This document shows positions 16,587 to 22,367 of a DNA stretch of 22,367 nt, piece by piece. Position numbers and translations under genes: made by a program. The stretch is from NCBI GenBank assembly GCA_046861385.1, contig JBHHTW010000035.1, forward strand, positions 1-22,367. The letters run 5' to 3'. Each line of letters begins with the position of its first letter. Position 1 is the first letter of the stretch. The DNA comes from Fidelibacterota bacterium. GTDB lineage: Bacteria > Fidelibacterota > Marinisomatia > Marinisomatales > TCS55. The notes under the pieces were generated by a model that had not been told where the DNA came from, searched no databases, and worked only from the letters and a program-made list of their open reading frames with translations.

Positions 16587-17801
16587 ATGAAATTACTTAG
16601 GTTATCTATCCGATTCTGGTGGATATACGCAGCATTATTTTCAGCTCTTTTAGGTAACAATCAATATCCTATTATACTTGTCCACGGTTTTATGGGATGG
16701 GGTAGAGATGAAATGTCCGGCTATAAGTACTGGGGAGGAAAATATGATTATGAAGAATATTTGCGAGAACAGGGATATGAGGTTTACACGGCATCTTTAG
16801 GGCCAGTGTCATCCAATTGGGATCGTGCCATAGAATTATTTTATCAAATAAAAGGGGGACAAGTTGATTATGGACAAAACCACTCTGAAATTTATGGATT
16901 GATTCAAAAACCAGTTGAAAAAAACTACAGTGGATTATATCCTCAATGGGATGAATCCCATCCAATACATTTAATCGGCCATAGTATGGGGGGGCAAACC
17001 GCTCGGATGCTGCAATACTTATTGGAAAATATCATTTATATTGATTCCACTGAAAGCTCCCCCGATAAGAGCATACTTTTAGGTAGTATTCACGAAAATT
17101 GGATAAAATCAATCACGACTATCTCAACGCCCCATAATGGCTCGACCCTGTCAGATATTGTTACCAAAACTATTCCATTTTTACAGGATTTTATTGGATT
17201 GGCGGCAGTTGTCGGTAACAATTTTTATAATTTTGATCTTCAGCAATGGGGATTCGAAAAAGAAGAGAATGAAACCTGGCCCACTTATTTTCGGCGTATG
17301 CGGGAACACCCTGCCTGGGAGACAAAAAATATATGCGCCCATGACGTTAGCATCGAGGGCGCCCGCGTATTGAATACTTTGGCTCCCGCAAATCCAAATA
17401 TTTATTATTTTTCATTCTCAACCTCTAATACGCGGTTGGACAGCGCCAGCGGATACCATGTTCCCAATGAATCAATGAGTATGATTCTCAGAGCAAATGC
17501 CCGCATTATGGGCAGAAATAAAGCCTATTGGTCAGACGGCAGTTCTACAGATTCAACTTGGTATGAAAATGATGGTATTGTAAATACGATCTCCCAATAC
17601 GGACCTACAACCGGGTTAAATGGGCCAGACCCCATCGCTAAATATCACCACGAAGCATTACTCATCCCCGGCCAATGGTACCGTATGAAAACTTTCCATA
17701 TGGATCATAAAACACTCATGGGCCATGGGTTAGAAGAAAAAGATCTAAATTCAATATTAAAATTATTATCTGACCATTGTGCTTTGTTATGGTCCTTGTA
17801 G
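16587..17801 (+). CDS. Secreted triacylglycerol lipase, Geobacillus/Staphylococcus-like (family I.5/I.6)
   Basis: Signal peptide; YPIILVHGFMGWG, YWGG, GPVSSNWDRAIEL..Q.KGG.VDYG..HS, nucleophile GHSMGG, TPHNGS, ENDGIVN (catalytic Asp), MDH (catalytic His). Confidence 0.88.
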   Translation: MKLLRLSIRFWWIYAALFSALLGNNQYPIILVHGFMGWGRDEMSGYKYWGGKYDYEEYLREQGYEVYTASLGPVSSNWDRAIELFYQIKGGQVDYGQNHSEIYGLIQKPVEKNYSGLYPQWDESHPIHLIGHSMGGQTARMLQYLLENIIYIDSTESSPDKSILLGSIHENWIKSITTISTPHNGSTLSDIVTKTIPFLQDFIGLAAVVGNNFYNFDLQQWGFEKEENETWPTYFRRMREHPAWETKNICAHDVSIEGARVLNTLAPANPNIYYFSFSTSNTRLDSASGYHVPNESMSMILRANARIMGRNKAYWSDGSSTDSTWYENDGIVNTISQYGPTTGLNGPDPIAKYHHEALLIPGQWYRMKTFHMDHKTLMGHGLEEKDLNSILKLLSDHCALLWSL

Positions 17802-17864
17802 AAACAATCTTATTCTTTTAATATTGTTTATGAAATGGTTTTGTGAGTGTGAAAGAAATAACCA

Positions 17865-18194
17865 ATGATTACCTTAAAACAATTTAAAAAAGTAAATATC
17901 AGGATAGGCACAATCATTCAAGCTAGAATATTTCCAGACGCAGACATACGCGCCTATCAACTGAAAATAGATTTTGGCGGTTTCGGGTTGCGTCAATCCA
18001 TTGCACAAATTACGGATCGATATTCGGTTGAAGAATTATTGAATAAGCAAGTTGTGGCTGTTCTAAACTTTCCACCAAAGAAAATTGCCTCATTTACTTC
18101 TGAAGTTTTGGTACTCGGAGTCAACGGAAAGAATGGCGGTATTGCGCTGCTAGAGCTGGACAAGCCTATTCAAAATGGAGCAAAAATAACCTAA
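17865..18194 (+). CDS. csaA: CsaA / tRNA-binding OB-fold protein
   Basis: F.KV.IRIGTI, AYQLKIDFG, SIAQIT..Y..EEL..KQVVAVLNFPPKKIA.F.SEVLVLG. Confidence 0.85.
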   Translation: MITLKQFKKVNIRIGTIIQARIFPDADIRAYQLKIDFGGFGLRQSIAQITDRYSVEELLNKQVVAVLNFPPKKIASFTSEVLVLGVNGKNGGIALLELDKPIQNGAKIT

Positions 18195-18196
18195 CT

Positions 18197-18225
18197 TTGT
18201 ATTGCACAATATTTGTATTATACAA
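18197..18225. promoter_or_regulatory. Tandem palindromic operator, probably MarR autoregulatory sites
   Basis: TTGTATTGCACAA (18197-18209) and perfect TTGTAT-T-ATACAA (18213-18225), ending 2 nt before the marR ATG at 18228. Confidence 0.65.
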
Positions 18226-18227
18226 CC

Positions 18228-18653
18228 ATGGACTTTGGTGATTTACTTAAACAATTCCTGATTGATCTCCAGAGATTGTTCAGATCCAGGGTGACGGATA
18301 GAACGGTTACTCTTCCACAAATATTACTCATTTCATCTATCCCGGATAATGGAATTGATATGACGTCCCTGTCGCAGCGCCTTGGTGTCGACAACAGCAC
18401 TTTGACAAGGTTAGTCGATGTCCTTCTTAAACGGGATTGGGTTTATAAGACAAAAAATGTGAAAGATAGGCGAATTTCTTTACTTTTCTTAACAACCAAA
18501 GGCGAAGAAATTCAAGAAGAGGTGGAAGAGAAAATTGACGATTTAGGTCTACAAGTTTATCGGGCAATCCCGCCCGACGACGGAGACGAAGTAAAAGAAA
18601 TACTCTCCTCCTTCCATTGGGCACTATCGAAAATGTTGTTAAAAAGTGAATAA
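18228..18653 (+). CDS. MarR family transcriptional regulator (start reassigned from TTG 18213 to ATG 18228)
   Basis: T.PQ..L, LS.RLGVD.STLTRLVD.L...WV winged HTH, DRR...L.LT.KG; about 141 aa; no Cys. Confidence 0.9.
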   Translation: MDFGDLLKQFLIDLQRLFRSRVTDRTVTLPQILLISSIPDNGIDMTSLSQRLGVDNSTLTRLVDVLLKRDWVYKTKNVKDRRISLLFLTTKGEEIQEEVEEKIDDLGLQVYRAIPPDDGDEVKEILSSFHWALSKMLLKSE

Positions 18654-19725
18654 ATTGTATAATACAAGTAATGTTGTTGAAGCACTTATGAATTGGTATG
18701 GAGAAAATAAGCGCGACTTACCATGGCGTAGAACAAAAGATACATATAAGATATGGCTATCGGAGGTAATGCTACAGCAAACGCAGGTGGAAACCGTGGT
18801 TCCATATTTTCAAAAGTGGATTCGTAAATATCCTTCGTTGATGGAAGCAGCGGAGGCAGAAGAAAGCGAATTATTAAAAATGTGGGAAGGTTTAGGATAT
18901 TATAATCGCTGTAGAAATTTTCATAAAGCAATTAAAATAGTTGCAAATGATAATAATGGGAAAATTCCCCATGAAATAAGTGACTTTAAAAATCTTCCGG
19001 GGGTGGGTGACTATGTTGCGGCCGCTGTTTTATCCATTTCCCACGGAAAAATTTACCCCGCATTGGATGGAAATATTATTAGAGTACTATCCAGAATTTT
19101 GAGGAAAAAGAAAATTTCCAAGTACAACAGAAAAATTATACATAATCACATATTAAAATGGATGAAATACGATCACTCCGGGGATATCAATGAAGCGCTC
19201 ATGGACTTGGGGAGTTCAATTTGCAGACCTAACCAAGCCCATTGCCACAAATGTCCACTAATTGATTATTGCAGAGCGACATTAACGGGTAATCCAGAAG
19301 TATATCCAAGGAGTGCTATCAAAAAGAATCCACCTCAATACAATGTAGTCACAGGTATAATATGGAAAAATGACCGATTTTTAATTATGCTCAGGGAAAA
19401 TAAAAAACATTTGGGTGGATTATGGGAATTCCCGGGCGGTAAAATCAAAAAGGGTGAATTTCCCAAAAATGCTCTAAAAAGAGAAATCATGGAAGAATGC
19501 GGACTGGATGTAAATATTGAATCCACTATTGGAAATTTTAAACACGCGTATACTCACTTTTCGATTCAAATGACCTCCTTTCACTGTTCAGTACTCAATG
19601 GTTCACAAATTAATACGGAGCAGAAATATGAGTGGATTAATCCGTCACAAATAAAAAAATATGCTTTTCCAAAAGCCAATCATAAAATATTTTCATTAAT
19701 GAAAGAGCAAAACTGGGATGTTTAA
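18646..19725 (+). CDS. mutY: A/G-specific adenine DNA glycosylase with C-terminal Nudix (MutT-like) domain
   Basis: WY..NKRDLPWR, SEVMLQQTQV, WEGLGYY, HhH LPGVGDY, LDGN, C-X6-C-X2-C-X5-C Fe-S motif, HAYTHF loop, full Nudix box. Confidence 0.95.
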   Translation: MNKLYNTSNVVEALMNWYGENKRDLPWRRTKDTYKIWLSEVMLQQTQVETVVPYFQKWIRKYPSLMEAAEAEESELLKMWEGLGYYNRCRNFHKAIKIVANDNNGKIPHEISDFKNLPGVGDYVAAAVLSISHGKIYPALDGNIIRVLSRILRKKKISKYNRKIIHNHILKWMKYDHSGDINEALMDLGSSICRPNQAHCHKCPLIDYCRATLTGNPEVYPRSAIKKNPPQYNVVTGIIWKNDRFLIMLRENKKHLGGLWEFPGGKIKKGEFPKNALKREIMEECGLDVNIESTIGNFKHAYTHFSIQMTSFHCSVLNGSQINTEQKYEWINPSQIKKYAFPKANHKIFSLMKEQNWDV

Positions 19726-20428
19726 ATCAATATTATCAATCATTTTGTGGCCGGTTGCATTGATTACATTTTTTCTATGTGCAATTATTTATATATCACT
19801 CACATATATTATTAAACCGACAAAATTGTATATGGTTGTCAAAATTGCTTCGAGGCTCATTTTATTAGGCTGCGGACAATGGTTAAAAGTAGAAGGAAAA
19901 CCGCCGGACAAAAGGGGCCAGCCTTATTTATACTTATTTAATCATGAATCCCTGATGGACCCCTTTATGTTGGGAGGAGCAATTAAACATTATATTACAG
20001 CTGTTGGTGCGAATTTTCAATTTTCATATCCTGTTTGGGGTTGGCTGGCAAAGAGGCATGGTGCAATTCCGATCAAAAGAAAACAAATTGACCAGGCTAT
20101 CCACAGTCTTGACAGCGCTGAGGATGCGATCCGGAAAGGTATTTCATTTATTATATCTCCCGAAGGAACCAGAACCCTCACTGGGGAACTCGGTGAATTT
20201 AAAAAGGGTCCCTTTCATGTTGCCTTGAATACGGGAGTTACCTTGGTGCCAGTGGCATTATTTGGAGCTTACAATGCGAAAAAGAAAATGGACTGGAGAT
20301 TGAGTCCGGGTATTTTGACCATAAAATTTGGCGATCCAATTACCCAAAAGGAATATGAAGGAATGGATTTAAATTTATTAAGGGAGACGGTCAGGAATCG
20401 AATTAAAACACTGATTAATGAACAATAA
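19718..20428 (+). CDS. plsC: 1-acyl-sn-glycerol-3-phosphate / lysophospholipid acyltransferase
   Basis: N-terminal TM segment, NHESLMD (HX4D), IPIKR, SPEGTR, FKKG.F, VPV; overlaps the mutY stop. Confidence 0.85.
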   Translation: MFKSILSIILWPVALITFFLCAIIYISLTYIIKPTKLYMVVKIASRLILLGCGQWLKVEGKPPDKRGQPYLYLFNHESLMDPFMLGGAIKHYITAVGANFQFSYPVWGWLAKRHGAIPIKRKQIDQAIHSLDSAEDAIRKGISFIISPEGTRTLTGELGEFKKGPFHVALNTGVTLVPVALFGAYNAKKKMDWRLSPGILTIKFGDPITQKEYEGMDLNLLRETVRNRIKTLINEQ

Positions 20429-20437
20429 ACCAATAAA

Positions 20438-21019
20438 ATGATTCGAAAACGTGTATTAGTTCCCTTGGCAGAAGGGTTTGAAGAAATCGAAGCAGTCACC
20501 ATCATTGATATTTTGAGAAGGGCTGGCGCAGATGTAACCACCGCCGGACTGGGTAAACGAAATGTCATGGGTTCCCATGCAATTCCAATGATAACAGATA
20601 GCGTCATTGAAGAAGAAAAAATAAAAAGCTGGGATATGATTGTGCTTCCCGGCGGACTCCCTGGAGCAACGAATCTGGCAGATAATGAAAATATTTTAGA
20701 ATTAATTCGGGGCTTATCCAAAAAAGGGAAGATAGTTGCTGCTATCTGCGCATCGCCGGTTGCACTGGAGAGAGCCGGTGTCCTTTCAGGAAAAAAAGTT
20801 ACATCACACCCCACGTCATCAAAAGACATCCTCTCTGGTGATTATCGGGAAACCCGGGTAATGAAAGACGGGAATATCATCACTGGTCAGGCTTGCGGAT
20901 CTGCCATGGAGTTTGCCTTTGAACTTGTTGCTGCTTTATTTGGATCAAAGAAAGTAGGTGAAATAAATCAGAGTATATTGTCTAATCTATTGAATGAAAA
21001 TAAGGAATCAGAAAATTGA
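20438..21019 (+). CDS. DJ-1/YajL/ThiJ family glyoxalase/deglycase
   Basis: GFEEIEAVTIIDILRRAG, DMIVLPGG.PGA.NL, nucleophile AAICASP, DGNIITG. Confidence 0.92.
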   Translation: MIRKRVLVPLAEGFEEIEAVTIIDILRRAGADVTTAGLGKRNVMGSHAIPMITDSVIEEEKIKSWDMIVLPGGLPGATNLADNENILELIRGLSKKGKIVAAICASPVALERAGVLSGKKVTSHPTSSKDILSGDYRETRVMKDGNIITGQACGSAMEFAFELVAALFGSKKVGEINQSILSNLLNENKESEN

Positions 21020-22359
21020 AGTCAACAATTCTACTTAAAAATATCAAATCCTATCGTAAATCTACTAACAAAAACCCCCAGGTTCGTCTCGCTCGAAATG
21101 CTGCTATCCGGGGAGATATAATGGATGTGGCACTGGACTGGGAAGCGTTTCGAAAAATTGATCATACCTTCTCTGAACTAATCTCTGGAGAAATGAAAGT
21201 GACGAATCAAAAATCCAGCGGTCGTTGCTGGGGATTTGCCGGGTTGAATCTTTTTCGAATTTATTTGGGAAGAAAATACAACCTGAAAAAATTTGAATTC
21301 AGCCAAAATTATTTCATGTTTTGTGATAAACTGGAGAAGTCCAATTACTTTCTGGAAAATATTATCAAAACCGTAGATGAGCCAAGAGATGGTCGATTGG
21401 TTATGCATCTGCTTATGGACCCAATCCAAGACGGTGGGCAGTGGCATATGTTTACCAATTTAATCGAGAAATACGGAGTGCTTCCCCAATCAGAAATGCC
21501 GGAAAGCTACCAATCAAGTCAATCGATGCGCATGAATCGAATGATTACACGAAAACTCCGGGGTTTCGCAAAAGATCTACGTACAGGATATGAAAAAGGT
21601 TCGGATATCAAGAAACTTAGGGCGATGAAAGATAATATGCTGCGCATTGTGTACCAAATGTTAACCATCTGCCTAGGAACGCCACCGGAAAAATTTGACT
21701 GGCAAGTACGTGATAAAGACAAAAAGTTCCGCCGCTTTGAGAACTTAACGCCGAAGAAATTTTTCGAAGATCATGTAGGATTAAATCTCAAGGATTATGT
21801 GTGTTTGATCAATTGTCCCATGTCTGATAAAACGTATAAGGAAGTTTACACGGTAGATTATTTAGGAAACGTAATAGAAGGCAATATTATTCGCTATCTT
21901 AACCTGCCTTCCAAGCGTTTGAAAGATGCAGCTTCTTCATCAATTAAAGATGATAATCCGGTATGGTTTGGGTGCGATGTGGGGAAACATTTTCACCGCA
22001 ATCTGGGAGTGATGGACATGGACATATTCGATTATGAATTGTTTTACAGCACCGAATTTCCCATGACAAAAGGAGACCGTCTGGAATACGGCGATAGCCA
22101 AATGACTCATGCAATGCTATTTACAGGGGTGGATATTGACGGTAAAGGTTACCCGAGAAAGTGGCGGGTAGAAAATAGTTGGGGAGACAAGCGCGGGGAT
22201 AAAGGTTACGATATTATGACAGATTCCTGGTTTAATGAATATACTTACGAAGTGGTGGTTCACAAAGATTACGTCACCAAGGATGAATTAGCGATCTATC
22301 AAAAAGATCCAGTTCGTTTGCCACCGTGGGACCCCATGGGGGCATTGGCAAAATATTAA
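21016..22359 (+). CDS. pepC: C1B cysteine aminopeptidase (PepC / bleomycin hydrolase)
   Basis: NQKSSGRCW (Gln/Cys), FSQNY, DKLEKSNYFL, DGGQW, VWFGCDV, MTHAM (His), WRVENSWG (Asn), C-terminal PWDPMGALA; TTG start overlaps the DJ-1 stop, AAGGA SD. Confidence 0.94.
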   Translation: MKSTILLKNIKSYRKSTNKNPQVRLARNAAIRGDIMDVALDWEAFRKIDHTFSELISGEMKVTNQKSSGRCWGFAGLNLFRIYLGRKYNLKKFEFSQNYFMFCDKLEKSNYFLENIIKTVDEPRDGRLVMHLLMDPIQDGGQWHMFTNLIEKYGVLPQSEMPESYQSSQSMRMNRMITRKLRGFAKDLRTGYEKGSDIKKLRAMKDNMLRIVYQMLTICLGTPPEKFDWQVRDKDKKFRRFENLTPKKFFEDHVGLNLKDYVCLINCPMSDKTYKEVYTVDYLGNVIEGNIIRYLNLPSKRLKDAASSSIKDDNPVWFGCDVGKHFHRNLGVMDMDIFDYELFYSTEFPMTKGDRLEYGDSQMTHAMLFTGVDIDGKGYPRKWRVENSWGDKRGDKGYDIMTDSWFNEYTYEVVVHKDYVTKDELAIYQKDPVRLPPWDPMGALAKY

Positions 22360-22367
22360 ATGAGTGG

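Noticed and set aside
20269-20829. 186-aa minus-strand ORF
   Set aside because: Lies entirely antisense to plsC and DJ-1, has no recognisable motifs, and its composition mirrors the sense codons
22330-22359. PepC ends GALAKY rather than GALA
   Set aside because: C1B enzymes are known to trim their own C-termini; a short extension is unremarkable

Overview
AT-rich bacterial chromosomal window in which essentially all genes lie on the + strand. The gene content (PorQ/PorV-like barrel, rpsF-rpsR-rplI without ssb, Na+-PPase, GSII) suggests an FCB-group organism such as Marinimicrobia; this is an inference. Gene order: accessory AAA+/DUF4143 ATPase; a long housekeeping operon ispF-ispE-tRNA-Gln(TTG)-prs-rplY-pth-hppA-rpsF-rpsR-rplI ending in an intrinsic terminator; priA coupled to a PorQ/PorV-like outer-membrane barrel and a 925-aa M1-metallopeptidase/Omp85-like barrel fusion; an Lrp/AsnC regulator with type II glutamine synthetase; a secreted family I.5/I.6-like lipase; CsaA; and a tightly coupled marR-mutY-plsC-DJ-1-pepC cluster. 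I found no CRISPR array, integrase or transposase. The window is mostly core genome. The most interesting signals are: (i) the M1 peptidase-Omp85 fusion lacking the GXMEN motif, next to a PorQ-like barrel; (ii) a MarR-headed possible damage-control operon with tandem palindromic operators and a MutY carrying an intact Nudix box; (iii) a G.A-rich REP-like hairpin sitting inside a degenerate copy of the tRNA-Gln 3' end; (iv) recurring promoter geometry suggesting leaderless mRNAs. All calls come from motif recognition by eye; no database searches were run.
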